Source: Eledone cirrhosa (lineage: Eukaryota). Taken from it: a stretch of DNA of 64,000 bases. Each line of letters opens with the position of its first letter. Within the stretch, counting starts at the first letter, position 1. The notes beneath the pieces are model-generated. The model had not been told where the DNA came from. It saw only the letters and a list, made by a program, of their open reading frames with translations, and searched no databases. Position numbers and translations under genes: made by a program. Location of the stretch: contig OZ024761.1 in assembly GCA_964016885.1 (NCBI GenBank), positions 11,718,001 to 11,782,000 on the forward strand, written 5' to 3'. Of this stretch, positions 23,361 to 38,568 are shown in pieces.

Positions 23361-26345
23361 TCACCACCACCACCACCACCACCACTACAATGACCACCAC
23401 CACCACCACAACGACAACTACCACCACCACCACCACTACAATGACAACTACCACCACCACCACTACAATAACAACTATCACCACCACCTCTACTACCACA
23501 ATGACAACTACCACCACCACCACCACCACCACTACTAACACTACAATGACAACCACCACCACCACCACCACTACTAACACTACAATAACAACTATCACCA
23601 CCACCTCTACTACCACCACCACCACCACTACAATGACCACCACCACCACCACAATGACAACTACCACCACCACCACCACTACTAACACTACAATGACAAC
23701 TACCACCACCACCACTACAATAACAACTATCACCACCACCTCTACTACCACAATGACAACTACCACCACCACCACCACCACTAACACTACAATGACAACC
23801 ACCACCACCACCACCACTACTAACACTACAATAACAACTATCACCACCACCTCTACTACCACAATGACAACTACCACCACCACCAACACTACAATGACAA
23901 CTACCACCACCACCACCACTACTAACACTACAATGACAACCACCACCACCAACACTACAATGACAACTACCACCACCACCACCACCACTAACACTACAAT
24001 GACAACCACCACCACCACTACTAACACTACAATGACAACTACCACCACCAACACTACAATGACAACCACCACCACCACCACTACTAACACTACAATGACA
24101 ACCACCACCACCACTACTAACACTACAATGACAACTACCACCACCACCACCACTACTAACACTACAATGACAACTACCACCACCAACACTACAATGACAA
24201 CTACCACCACCAACACTACAATGACAACCACCACCACCACCACTACTAACACTACAATGACAACTACCACCACCACCACCACTACTAATACTACAATAAC
24301 TACCACCACCACCACCACCACCACTACTAACACTACAATAACTACCACCACCACCACCACTACTAACACTACAATGACAACTACCACCACCACCACCACC
24401 AACACTACAATGACAACTACCACCACCACTACTAACACTACAATGACAACCACCACCACCAACACTACAATGACAACTACCACCACCACCACCACTACTA
24501 ACACTACAATGACAACTACCACCACCACCACCACCACTACAATGACAACTACCACCACCACTACTACTAACACTACAATGACAACTACCACCACCACTAC
24601 TACTACTAACACTACAATGACAACTACCACCACCACTACTACTAACACTACAATGACAACTACCACCACCACTACTACTACTAACACTACAATGACAACT
24701 ACCACCACCACTACTACTAACACTACAATGACAACTACCACCACCACTACTACTAACACTACAATGACAACTACCACCACCACTACTACTAACACTACAA
24801 TGACAACTACCACCACCACTACTACTAACACTACAATGACAACTACCACCACCACTACTACTAACACTACAATGACAACTACCACCACCACTACTACTAA
24901 CACTACAATGACAACTACCACCACCAACACTACAATGACAACTACCACCACCACTACTACTAACACTACAATGACAACTACCACCACCACTACTACTAAC
25001 ACTACAATGACAACTACCACCACCACTACTACTAACACTACAATGACAACTACCACCACCACTAACACTACAATGACAACTACCACCACCACTACTACTA
25101 ACACTACAATGACAACTACCACCACCACTACTACTAACACTACAATGACAACTACCACCACCACTACTACTAACACTACAATGACAACTACCACCACCAC
25201 TACTACTAACACTACAATGACAACTACCACCACCACTACTACTAACACTACAATGACAACTACCACCACCACTACTACTAACACTACAATGACAACTACC
25301 ACCACCACCAACACTACAATGACAACTACCACCACCACTACTACTAACACTACAATGACAACTACCACCACCACTACTACTAACACTACAATGACAACTA
25401 CCACCACCACCAACACTACAATGACAACTACCACCACCACTACTACTAACACTACAATGACAACTACCACCACCACTACTACTAACACTACAATGACAAC
25501 TACCACCACCACTACTACTAACACTACAATGACAACTACCACCACCACCACCACCACTACTACTAACACTACAATGACAACTACCACCACCACCACCACT
25601 ACTAACACTACAATGACAACTACCACCACCACCACCAACACTACAATGACAACTACCACCACCACTACTACTAACACTACAATGACAACTACCACCACCA
25701 CTACTACTAACACTACAATGACAACTACCACCACCACTACTACTAACACTACAATGACAACTACCACCACCACTACTACTAACACTACAATGACAACTAC
25801 CACCACCACTACTACTAACACTACAATGACAACTACCACCACCACTACTACTAACACTACAATGACAACTACCACCACCACCACCACCACTACTACTAAC
25901 ACTACAATGACAACTACCACCACCACCACCACTACTAACACTACAATGACAACTACCACCACCACCACCAACACTACAATGACAACTACCACCACCACTA
26001 CTACTAACACTACAATGACAACTACCACCACCACTACTACTAACACTACAATGACAACTACCACCACCACTACTACTAACACTACAATGACAACTACCAC
26101 CACCACCACGAACACTACAATGACAACTACCACCACCACTACTACTAACACTACAATGACAACTACCACCACCAACACTACAATGACAACTACCACCACC
26201 ACTACTACTAACACTACAATGACAACTACCACCACCACTACTACTAACACTACAATGACAACTACCACCACCACTACTACTAACACTACAATGACAACTA
26301 CCACCACCACTACTACTAACACTACAATGACAACTACCACCACTA
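23361..26345. repeat. 3-kb ACN-triplet minisatellite (36-bp modal unit aacactacaatgacaactaccaccaccactactact)
   Basis: Direct reading; unit length varies in steps of 3. Confidence 0.95.
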
Positions 26346-26599
26346 AAGATGTACTCCACAAGTCCTTATTTACAATACTAGATACAAATTAGCAGCATTG
26401 AAACAGACACACACACCTGTGTGGATGTACAATTTCCGTGTAAATTGCTAATCAATTTAAGGTGTGTATAGGAGGGGGTGGTGGGGGCACTTATTAACTA
26501 TTAAGGTCTGGTTTAATAAATAAAAACTAATTAAGAAATCAAACCACAATTATTATTTTAAGATAGTTTGTCAACTACCTAAGCAACACACTTCAGCAA

Positions 26600-26636
<37 letters not shown>

Positions 26637-26765
26637 TTCAACAGTACATTTCTTCCATCAAGATGTGTGTGTGTGTGTGTATATGCATGTGTGTGTATGT
26701 ATGTATTCATGTATATATAGAGAGATAGAGAGAGAATATTATTTAAACAATTTTTTTTTATTTTC

Positions 26766-26820
<55 letters not shown>

Positions 26821-28007
26821 GTGTGTGTGTGTGTGTACGGATACATGGAGGAGGAAAGGAGATTCCAACGTGATATTTCGAAAACAAAAATATACTTTCA
26901 CCAGCAACAAATATTTCCTATTCGAAACTATATATATATACACAAACACACACACAATTGTTTTTACGTCCGTTTTTCCACGCTTGCATAGGTTATATAT
27001 ATATATATATATATACCAATGATATTAATAAATGGAAACTATATTTATAAAACCATATATTTAATCTATTATATATATTTCAAGGGTACCAAAACTTCGA
27101 ATCTGTTATAAATATATTTGTTGAATTACCAACAAATTAAATATCCCTTTGCTTATATATATATATACTAATGCAAAATATACTTAAAAGTTTCTGCCAC
27201 CAAGATTTGCTGGCAGAGACTTAATCCCATCACCGTTTAACGGGAAAAACCGAAAATATTTCAATCTTATACAAGGAAGTAATCTAACGAATTGCTTGTT
27301 TTTCCTTCTACGTCTTTAATTTATGAAGTTCACATTGGTTTGCCTTTATTTAGTAAAGCTAAACAAACATACATACATATTATATATATATATATATATA
27401 TATTCCTTTTTAAAACTCCCGTTTTTAATATAATAATTTCCATTTAATCCCTCTCATAACAAACCCACCTGAAACCGTTTCTGGTTTTGCAATACAAACC
27501 TTCCATTATCAGTATATCTATATAAGAACCAATTCAAGTTATGCACCAGAAAACAACAGCTTAATAATGGAAAAAAGTTAGTTTATATTACGAAATCCAA
27601 GTTGTTAATTTTCGAAAATCATAGACGGTCTCTAATTTTAGAAATATGGTAACGAACCATTAAATGTATGATCGTGTATGATAAATATATTTACTCTTCA
27701 ACCCAATTCAATTGCGTATTTGGTGCTTGTCATTTGTTTAGCTGGTGCAAAAACTTAAAAGCCTACTGCAAACTATTCGCTAAAACCGAAAGTGAAAGTA
27801 GAGTTTCGCACTCAGCATGTGTAAACAGAATGATGTAGCAGTAGAACGACAATCTTTTGTAGCTAGTTTATACATACATATACAAACACACATACACATA
27901 CACACAGTTTTTAATATTGTTTAAAACCAAAACTGCTCGAGCAGATCTGTATAAGTGAAGGCATCCAGGCGTGACTACCATGTCTTGTTTTCTTTCAGCC
28001 AGTGTGC

Positions 28008-28086
<79 letters not shown>

Positions 28087-28231
28087 AATATATATATAGA
28101 GAGAGAGCTGTTTCAACTTCTCCCCACCTCTTTCCAAATTTTTTAGTTTTTGTAAAAAACGGTTTTTTCCCTCCCATAAATATATATACTTTCAGTCGCA
28201 ATGTGTGTGTGTGTAATATATAAATATATAT

Positions 28232-28429
28232 ATAGGAACGAATAGGACCCCGACGGCTGAGCTCAAGCCGTTTCGACGGCTAATTCTGTTTAGTCCAGAA
28301 TTAGCCGTCGAAACGGCTTGAGCTCAGCCGTCGGGGTCCTATTCGTTCCTATTACCCACTATACTACCCTAAGTATTGAGTACTTTGGTGCGTTATGGTC
28401 CACCTGGTTCCTTACCACATTTCCTTCGT

Positions 28430-28430
<1 letters not shown>
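28232..28430 (-). mobile_element. Small hairpin element, family H2, with a perfect 57-bp inverted repeat
   Basis: Arms 28232-28288 and 28296-28352, 7-nt loop. Leader homologous to 5580-5695. Confidence 0.65.
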
Positions 28431-28461
<31 letters not shown>

Positions 28462-28538
28462 TATATATTTGAAAACGCAATCGTATTTTTTACAAAACCA
28501 ATATAAAAAATTTGGAAGGAGGTAAAGTTTAAATAGAT

Positions 28539-28582
<44 letters not shown>

Positions 28583-28586
28583 GCAC

Positions 28587-28770
28587 GCATTTTTATTTAT
28601 TCAACACTGTGTCGAGAAGTGCAGTATTTGACTTTAGAAGAGAGCATGGTGCCATTTGCTTCGTATTCTTCTTTCTCCATGACAATGCCTCTGCTACTTG
28701 GCACGGAACCTGAATGCTACTATTTCGAGTATCTCGAAGCCAAACATCGGTTTATGTAACTTGTCACAAA
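28587..28770 (-). other. Candidate first exon of the minus-strand gene, ending aaaaATGC|GTGCGT
   Basis: Unique CpG-containing island between microsatellites. ATG at 28590-28588 in an A-rich context, then a phase-1 donor. The 5' boundary is uncertain. Confidence 0.3.
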
Positions 28771-28772
28771 GT

Positions 28773-28807
<35 letters not shown>

Positions 28808-29089
28808 TGGTGGTGGTGGTGATGAGGAGGAATTCGCACAGCTGCAAGTTATTATTATTGAAATCTTCTGAACAACACACACACACCTCATAGAAGCCGC
28901 CAACACTAAATCACCTTTTATTTAATTGTAAAGACAAGTCTAATGCAAAGATCAAGGTCGAATTTTTAGTTTTGTGTCTACACACCAGCCTTTATACACA
29001 CATATATACATACACTATAAATAATTTATACGGTTATACCCTGGACTTTATACACATATCTCTCTCACACATTATATATATATATATAT

Positions 29090-29136
<47 letters not shown>

Positions 29137-29506
29137 CATATATATATACATACATTATATATATATATATACATACATACATCTAGATTTGTGTCAGTCA
29201 GCGATCAGATCGCAAACAGTGCGGTGAAAATTCTGACATCTAGCAATGATGAATGTAAAGTGAAGTTAACAATTTGTTGTTGTTGCTGTTGTGTGTGTGG
29301 GGGTTTTTTTTTTCAATGGCTAAAAAACCCCAAAACCCCCAAAAAACCACTCTTCTACTACAATGTAATTTGCTTTAGTTTCAACAACACAGCGGCGATC
29401 TCTGAACAAGTCATTTGCTAGACATCCACAACACTTCATATTACATCTGACATAGCTATTCTATTATACACACACACATACATACATACATACATACATA
29501 CATACA

Positions 29507-29538
<32 letters not shown>

Positions 29539-29901
29539 CAATATATTAATAGATGGAAACTATATTTATAAAACCATATTTATTTTATTATATATATTTC
29601 AAGGGCAACCACGGCAAATTATGGTGCGCTTTCACCAGATAAAATACAGATTTGTTTTATAAATAGATATTGACATACCCAGAAAAAAAGAGAACCTTAA
29701 CGGTTGGAGCTTCCTGAATCCCAACACATTAAATATAACCTCTGCATACATACATATATATATATATAATATATATATATACATATATATTTGTTTTGCA
29801 AAGGTTTTTGATATGAAATCGTGTGTCGAAACAAATATTGTTATACTTGCGGAGTGTGTTATTATTTCTGGCAATATTATAACAATATGACCCTCCCCAA
29901 G

Positions 29902-29938
<37 letters not shown>

Positions 29939-30069
29939 TGGTTAACTGTTGAGCTCTCTAAAGACCAGGGTTACAATGCACTTAAATTACTACTACTACT
30001 ACTACTACTGCTGCTAGTAAATTACGGAAGAACTGCATTTTATTGAGACACACAAGACATAATAATAAT

Positions 30070-30695
30070 AATTGTTTCTACTTTTGGCACAAGGCCAGCA
30101 ATTACCCAGTACATTACTGGTACTTTATTTTATCGACCCCGTCAGGATGAAAGGCAAGTAATAATAATAATAATGGTGATTTCTGAGTTAGACACAAGGC
30201 CAGCAATTTTAGGGGAAGGGAAAAGTCGATTAAATCGACCCCAGTGCGTTAATGATGTTTTATTTTATCGACCCCGTAAGGATGAAAGGCAAAGCTAATC
30301 TCGGCCTTTCATCTTTACGGGGTCGATGATAATTTTAATAAAAATAATAATGGTTTTTTATTTAGGCACAAGGCCAGCAATTTTTAGTGGAGGGCGGGGA
30401 GGGGGTCGATTAAATAGACCCCAGTACATTACTGGTACTATATTTTATCGACCCCGTGAGGATAAATAAAATGCAAAGCTAACCCCGGTGACACAAGACC
30501 AGCAATTTGGGGGACAAGAGGTGAAGATGAAAGTCGATTCAATTGAAATCAGTATTCGACTGGTATTATATCTTTTTTATCGATCTTGGAAAGATGAAAG
30601 GCAAAGTTAACCTCGACAATATTTGTACTCAGAATGTAAGAGAGAGAGACTTAACTATGTCGTTGCCCCGATGCTCTAACGATTCTACCAAACCA
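30070..30695 (-). mobile_element. Cluster of about four S1 SINE copies
   Basis: Repeated cacaaggccagcaa...ttttatcgacccc...gatgaaaggcaaag. Confidence 0.75.
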
Positions 30696-30854
30696 CAATA
30701 ATAATAATAATAAAGAAATTTCAATGGAAGTTAATTAAACAAGCTGTAATTACTTGTTTATTGGAGTGACGCTGTCGTTGGGTGAGGGAGGTGTTTACAG
30801 GTTGATGGAGTTAAACAAACGAAAACAACTTTAAAAAAGGTGACTCCGACATAC

Positions 30855-30863
30855 ATCACTACT

Positions 30864-30901
<38 letters not shown>

Positions 30902-31700
30902 TACTACTACCTACACCAACATCACATACATCAACACCACCACCTCCATCACATACCTTTACATACACCAACTACTACCGCATATATCAAAATACCACCA
31001 CCATCACACACACCACTACAATTCCACCACCACCACCACCACACACACATCACTACGATTCCACCACCACCACCACCACCACACACACCACTACGATTCC
31101 ACCACCACCACCACCACACACACATCACTACGATTCCACCACCACCACCACCATCACACACACCACTACAATTCCACCACCACCACCATCACACACACAT
31201 CACTACGATTCCACCACCACCACCACCACCACCATCACACACACCACTACAATTCCACCACCACCACCATCACACACACATCACTACGATTCCACCACCA
31301 CCACACACACCACTACGATTCCACCACCACACATCACTACGATTCCACCACCACCACCATCACACACACATCACTACGATTCCACCACCACCACCATCAC
31401 ACACCACTACGATTCCACCACCACCACCATCACTACGATTCCACCACCACCACCATCACACACACATCACTACGATTCCACCACCACCACCATCACACAC
31501 CACTACGATTCCACCACCACCACCATCACTACGATTCCACCACCACCACCATCACACACACATCACTACGATTCCACCACCACCATCACACATCACTACG
31601 ATTCCACCACCACCACCATCACACACACATCACTACGATTCCACCACCACCACCATCACACACCACTACGATTCCAACACCACCACCACCTCCACCACAT
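30855..31700. repeat. (CAC)n-based minisatellite with a cactacgattc core
   Basis: Direct reading. Confidence 0.9.
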
Positions 31701-32022
31701 TAACTTCGTTTTACAGCGACGCGCACGCGCTACATAATTTACGAACATTACGTTGGTACGAGTATTTTAATATATATATATAACATATACACACACATAT
31801 GCAGATGATGATATATACACACACACACACACACATATATAGATGATGATGATGATATAAATATATATATATATAACATACACACACACATATATATAGA
31901 GATGATGATATAAATATATATATATACACATACATACAAGTGTGCCTACAGCTTTGGAGCCAGATTATAGAATCACTTTCCTATCGTTTCGTTTAAGTAT
32001 TTTCAGCTGAGAACTTTCGAAA

Positions 32023-32075
<53 letters not shown>

Positions 32076-32449
32076 ATTTAGAGAGAGAGAACTAAAATAT
32101 TTTAGTCTTGTACCAGTTCCGATTTCAAAATCTGCCGGGGATGGAATATATTTTCTCATCCTCGTAAGATCGTTAAATCAATAATATAATCACCAAATTA
32201 TACGCGTGTGTGTGTTAATAAATATACTAAGATTGACTGACACCATCTTCTCTATATAACTACAGTTAAGTACCACCCCGACTGAGTTTCCTCATAACTT
32301 TCTTAATAATGCCTATTTTTTCTTTTATAAAATCCCGCAGAAATATTTTCGATAGTGCAGACTACAACTATATCGATAAAATATCTTTTACAATTCTTTC
32401 AATATTGTATACTTCCGTTTATTAATGTGTTTGGTCTGTGTTAGCATTA

Positions 32450-32647
32450 CGAGGGTCGGTTGAGAAGTTCACAAGCTGACTATGAAGGAGTGATGCTAGA
32501 GCTGTGAAATCTTACATGTATTAATTTCAACTCTTCTTATTAATAACTGCATTGTTTCTTTCCAGGGACTATGTTGAAAAATAAACCTCATTTGGTCATT
32601 CCATGAGAGTATCTTGGCCAGCCTATGAACTTCCCAGTCGACTCTCG
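32450..32647. mobile_element. mariner-like MITE, complete copy
   Basis: ta-CGAGGGTCGGTTGAGAAGTTCA ... TGAACTTCCCAGTCGACTCTCG-ta. Confidence 0.75.
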
Positions 32648-32825
32648 TAGGCTTATTTATTAATTAACGTAAACTTGGACATTCTTTCACTATGCCTCCC
32701 AATTTTATGTTGATAAATAATATCAGTCAGGATAATATCGATTTTATACCGAAACTATACTGGAACATATCATTTCTACAATTCGGAAATACAGAAGAAA
32801 TATATATATTATATATATATAAGTT

Positions 32826-32995
32826 TATCCCGGGTTCAATCGGGGGTAACCACAGTAAGTAAGGTACTCAATACATAGAGTATAAATATTTAATATAGAA
32901 ATGGCTTCTACAGGACTAGAACTGTTTCATTCGGGAGAAATCAGGAGGGCTTCCTGATGATTTCTCCCGAATGAAACAGTTCTAGCCCTGTTGAA

Positions 32996-33000
<5 letters not shown>
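32826..33000 (+). mobile_element. Small hairpin element, family H1
   Basis: Same as 16623; contains CTGATGA (32954) ... GAAAC (32973). Confidence 0.6.
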
Positions 33001-33047
<47 letters not shown>

Positions 33048-33364
33048 CAACGTAGTCGCAATCTACACCTTCGAAAATATGTCTGCAAAATATGTGACAA
33101 AAATATTTCTAAAGAAAGTTATGAGGAGGCAGAAAGTGAGAGAGTGGTGTGTAGTTATGCCATCTTTAGAAATGTTTGTGACCTTGTCTTGTTAATGTAA
33201 GGAGGAAATATATACTATACGAAAAAAATGGATAGATAATAAAATCATTTTTCAGCATTGATTTCCACAAACTAACTCGTCGATTGATTGCCATTCCGTG
33301 ATCAAAAGAAAGTATTATTTTCACGAGTGGGGTGGACTCCAGGATTCGAGTAATACGGTGTATG

Positions 33365-33426
<62 letters not shown>

Positions 33427-36400
33427 ATTGATAGCAGAGGGAAAAGAGAATTCAATATCGAAGTGGAGTTTAAATATTTTATTAAGGTTAAATAGTGAAT
33501 CTTGTTACTCTGGAGTTTCGCTAAATAGACACCATTTAGCCTTAATAAAATTAAATAAATATATATACACATACATATTTTCACTTAAATCTGCTCCCAT
33601 ACAAACAAGTCTATCCGATCGATTTTAAGTCTCTTAGAGGGTTACTCCCTTGATTATGGGTTTTTAAACCCGAATATATATATATATATATTAAAGCCTT
33701 TCTCTTCCACAACCACTGACGGAGTAGAAACTACTAGAGTCCGATCCTATTTTAATAAACTACCAACACAGAGGCGGTGGAACTCGGGGGGGGGGGGGGG
33801 GGGGGGAGCAGTTTAAATCACTTTAAAACGCCAAATGATATTAAAATATAGAAAAACGACGAACAATTACTGTCAGATCTAAACCCTCACACATACTAAA
33901 TTCCATTGCATTTTGTTAATTATAAATATATATAACATTTTATCTAATTTTTAGAAAAAGAACTCAATTTTAATCGCTGGTAAAATCTTTCAAGTATTAA
34001 TTTTTGAATGACACAACAAACTATTTCAAATTTAGTTGGGCTATTTTATCTTTTTATGAAAGTAAAGTTACTGCAGGAGATTATAGCGGACCGTTTTTTA
34101 TTTTTTCCCCCAAAAACTACTTTTCATTTTGCCTGTGGATTTTCCCCTAGTTTTTAGTTTCACTTTTGCTGTAGTTTCGAATCTTCCATGATATTAAAAG
34201 TTTGGTCTTATTTTATCGAAACAGCTAATTTTGGCAGCGGCAGCATGTTGAATCGCAACACTGGGACGACGAACATTCGATTATGTCGATTACTGATACT
34301 TATTTTAACCAGTTCTTCCTCTATATCTCCTTTTCACACCTCTCTCTCTCTCCATATGTGGAAGAAATAGTCTGTGTTCAGACCCGGAGAGAGGTTGGGT
34401 TTCACCAGGTTTAAAATACCCAAGACACATATCCATTCCCTCCAATACCAGAGATGGAATATTAAAGTTGACCTAACTAGGCAGAATTTGGAGGAGATGG
34501 GGAGGGAGAGAGAATAAAGGGACGTAAGTAAATACGGCAAGGCACTCTGACAGACGTTCTTGCCAACCCAAGAAATAATGGTAAATACACAAGCTATGCT
34601 CTAGACATCAGATAAAAATAACAACAAAGTTTGTTAAATCACTAAATTCTCTCCAAAACCATCATCTAAAGGACCTGAAAGCCTACAAATATCTAAATAA
34701 TTATTAATTCTTTTTCTCTTCTTTTTAATAACGATATTTCAAATTAGGCAAAAGAATATTGGTATTAATAGAGAGATGTGCGTTGGACTAGAAGCGTTAC
34801 TACATTAGCTTATCTTTAAAAATGACGAGATTCTAATGGCTTTTATTCCGATCAATAAACTTTTTTCTAGACTGAGACGTGTCGTTTTAAAGTTAATACT
34901 TAAAATCCTACTTTAATTCCTAAACAAAACAACAACCTCCCCCAAACCTTATACATTCTATTGTTACAACGTTCCTGGTCTAATTCACTTCTCATTGTTC
35001 CAACTCATATATTATATGTTGGTATTTAGCCACAGGTCATGACTGACCGGGTTGATCAAACTTAAAAAGCGCATTGTGTGTGATTTCAGGGTGATTTGGC
35101 TGCTATTTTTAGCATGTCGAACAGTAAACCGAAAAGAATTTACAGTCAGTGTTTATATATATATATATATAGTAATAATAATAAATTTGAAGACTAAAAT
35201 CCAAAGAGGGCTCAATAAGGATAAATATATATCAAATATATAAGAACCGTAGAGCAAATCACAATCGGTTTGTTTTGTCTTCATTTTTTCTTTTAATTGA
35301 GCCTGGCAGATCGTATTGTTTAAAGTTGGTATACTTTTCAACCTAGCGAATCTGGTCCCTTATAATTTGAACATAGATATGTATATATCTGTGTTCATCT
35401 CTATTATATTGAATTATATATATGCATTTTAAGAAAGTTATGAACCAATAAGGTTGAGTATGGTAGAGGCTACTAGATCGTATTTATGGACATTTAAACA
35501 GCCTGATAATATCCTAATAATATTGAACTTAAATCGTGTGTAGCCACCAAATGAGTCATAGGAGTGAGGGATTCATTAATAAACTATTCATGCTAAGCTG
35601 GTTTTAAGCTTCTTGTAACACAATGTAAAACACACAAACATCATCAAATAGACACAGACACCGTTAAGGACTTCGCCTCACAACTTAATGGTTTTGGGTT
35701 CAGTCCCCACCTTGGACTACCATAGCACCGAATTGACCCATGCGTTGTGCGCGGAATTTAGTAGACAGAAACTACGCAAAAGCTAATCCTATGTATTCAA
35801 TTCAATTCAATCTAGGGCCTTTTCGCTCCCACCAGAGGAACCCCTCCCTGGTTGACCTCCACCGTTTTCTGTCTTTGGTTTTAGTCATTTAGTCGTACTC
35901 ACCACACTTGGCCAATTGTGGGTTGGTGAGGGTATTTAGCCCATAGCTGGGTAAAGTCATTTCTACAGCTGAGTGAACTGGAGCAACGTGAAATAAAGTG
36001 TCTTGCTCAAGAACACAACGCAAAGCCCAGTCCGTATTTTCTGGCATGTTAGCATGCCTTTACATTAGATGTAGATATATCTGTGCACGTTTGTGCAGTC
36101 TCAGTTACATACACTGCATTTAAGAAATCATACACTTCGTCTCATCTAACATACATATAAAAAATGCAACAAAATAGAAGATGAAGCAAACTAAAGAGGA
36201 AAGGATGAGAGGAATGAATGAATGATGAAGAAGAAAAAGAAGGAAACCCGACATGTGTGTGTGTGTGTTTACGTTTTACTATTTATTCCTCGTAATTTAA
36301 AGGTTCAACAAAAGAAGAAAAAAAATCGATAAAATAACTACTGGGATCAATCGATGAAGTCTAATGACTGAACCCAATAAAAAAAAAAGTAGTTTTTTCT

Positions 36401-36659
36401 TTTAAATCAACAGTAAAAAGAGCTAAAAATTGTGTGTTTGTAACTGGATCGCTACCAAACTTTATATTCACCATTACCAATTCTCAGAATACTTTATTTA
36501 TCCCTCTACAAGTCTAATGGGGTATTAAAGCTGTCCAAACCGAGAAAGAAACATAAGGCGACAGGCGGCAATAGACAGATTTAGTTGATCGGATTGATAA
36601 AATAATTTAAATTAAATAAGTTTGGGGTAAAGTTAGAGAAGACCGAGAACATTGTTAGA

Positions 36660-36733
<74 letters not shown>

Positions 36734-37259
36734 TGTTATACTTTGGGAGGGTGATGTTGCCAACAAATTCAGAAACGAAATATATATATATACTTGGGGA
36801 CATTAAAGCTAGAAATAAAGACATGGACATACCTCGTGTATAAGACACCGTACTTATTGCGCACGCTCTGAGTATGTGTGTGTGTATATATATTTATGAT
36901 GGGCTTTCCCGTCGATTCAATCTAAGAGGGTTCAACTGTCTTTTTAGTTCATATACAGTATATATATATATATACACACACACACATCTATATACATACA
37001 CAAACACACACGTAATATACAAATACACAATTTACACACGGGTGTACAGAGACGATAGTCGATCTTTCGTTTTAAGTAGACAGCAATCTTCGATCAATAA
37101 CTTCATTCAATTTAATTACAATAATTTCTTCCATATTTCCTTTTTATCATCAAACGTAATTTAATTTTAAACATTTTCGTTTTACTAATAAATAATTCTG
37201 AATTTACATATACAGATCACGAAAGAACGCCACATACACACATCTCTCTATATACACAC

Positions 37260-37895
37260 ACACATTTATATATACATAAACATACATTTATATAAACATA
37301 TACATACATAAACATACATTTATATAAACATATACATACATATACATACATTTATACATACATATACATACATATACATACATTTATACATACATATACA
37401 TACATTTATATATACATATACATACATTTATATATACATATACATACATTTATATATACATATACATACATTTATATATACATATACATACATTTATATA
37501 TACATATACATACATTTATATATACATATACATACATTTATATAGACATATACATACATTTATATAGACATATACATACATTTATATAGACATATACATA
37601 CATTTATATAGACATATACATACATTTATATAGACATATACATACATTTATATAGACATATACATACATTTATATAGACATATACATACATTTATATAGA
37701 CATATACATACATTTATATAGACATATACATACATTTATATAGACATATACATACATTTATATAGACATATACATACATTTATATAGACATATACATACA
37801 TTTATATAGACATATACATACATTTATATAGACATATACATACACATATATATACATATACATACATTTATATAGACATATACATACACATATAT
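37260..37895. repeat. 22-bp minisatellite tacatttatata(g/t)acatataca
   Basis: Direct reading. Confidence 0.9.
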
Positions 37896-38524
37896 ATATA
37901 TAAACACAGGATCAGAGACTCGGTCAGACTAAATTGACGGCAAACGGTAATAGTAATATAAAGAGTAAACACTATACATTACTGATGTTTCTAGCTGACT
38001 CGTGGACCCTTAAATTAAACATAAATCTCGTAGATAACACCTTGGTCCTTACTATAAACCACCAAACCACCAATTACGAGGAATACTACTAGTACAGCGT
38101 GTATTGGGAATAAATGTGTTGTATACAGTCAAGTATGAGTGTGTTTAGATCTGATTAAAAGCTGTCGAAAACAGAAAACTCATGTCTAACGACCAGAAAT
38201 ACTGTGAGGTAAACTTGGTCTTTATTGATAATTCAATCACTAATTATTAGAATAACTGAGACAAAGGTGGATTACCAATAAATACGTATATAATCAGTCT
38301 TGATGTAAATTTCGTTAACCCTTTCTTTACTGTATTAAATGGACGAAGGACACTGACTAGTTTTGAAATATTTACTATTTTAACAGACTTGCCTGGTTAT
38401 TTATTTGATGTGTTGGACATAACTTAAAAGGTTCTTTAGGCAAAATTATGATGGAAGGGTTTTAGATAAACACTTTCAAATAAACCGCTTTGTGTGTATA
38501 TATATATTTCCGACGGAATTACTT

Positions 38525-38568
<44 letters not shown>

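Noticed and set aside
23342-26392. 1016-aa Thr-rich mucin-like CDS
   Set aside because: Pure ACN-triplet satellite starting at a SINE tail; no signal peptide or domains; both strands open.
30840-31703. His/Thr-rich 287-aa protein
   Set aside because: (CAC)n minisatellite whose reading frame drifts between poly-His, poly-Thr and poly-Pro; non-ATG start.
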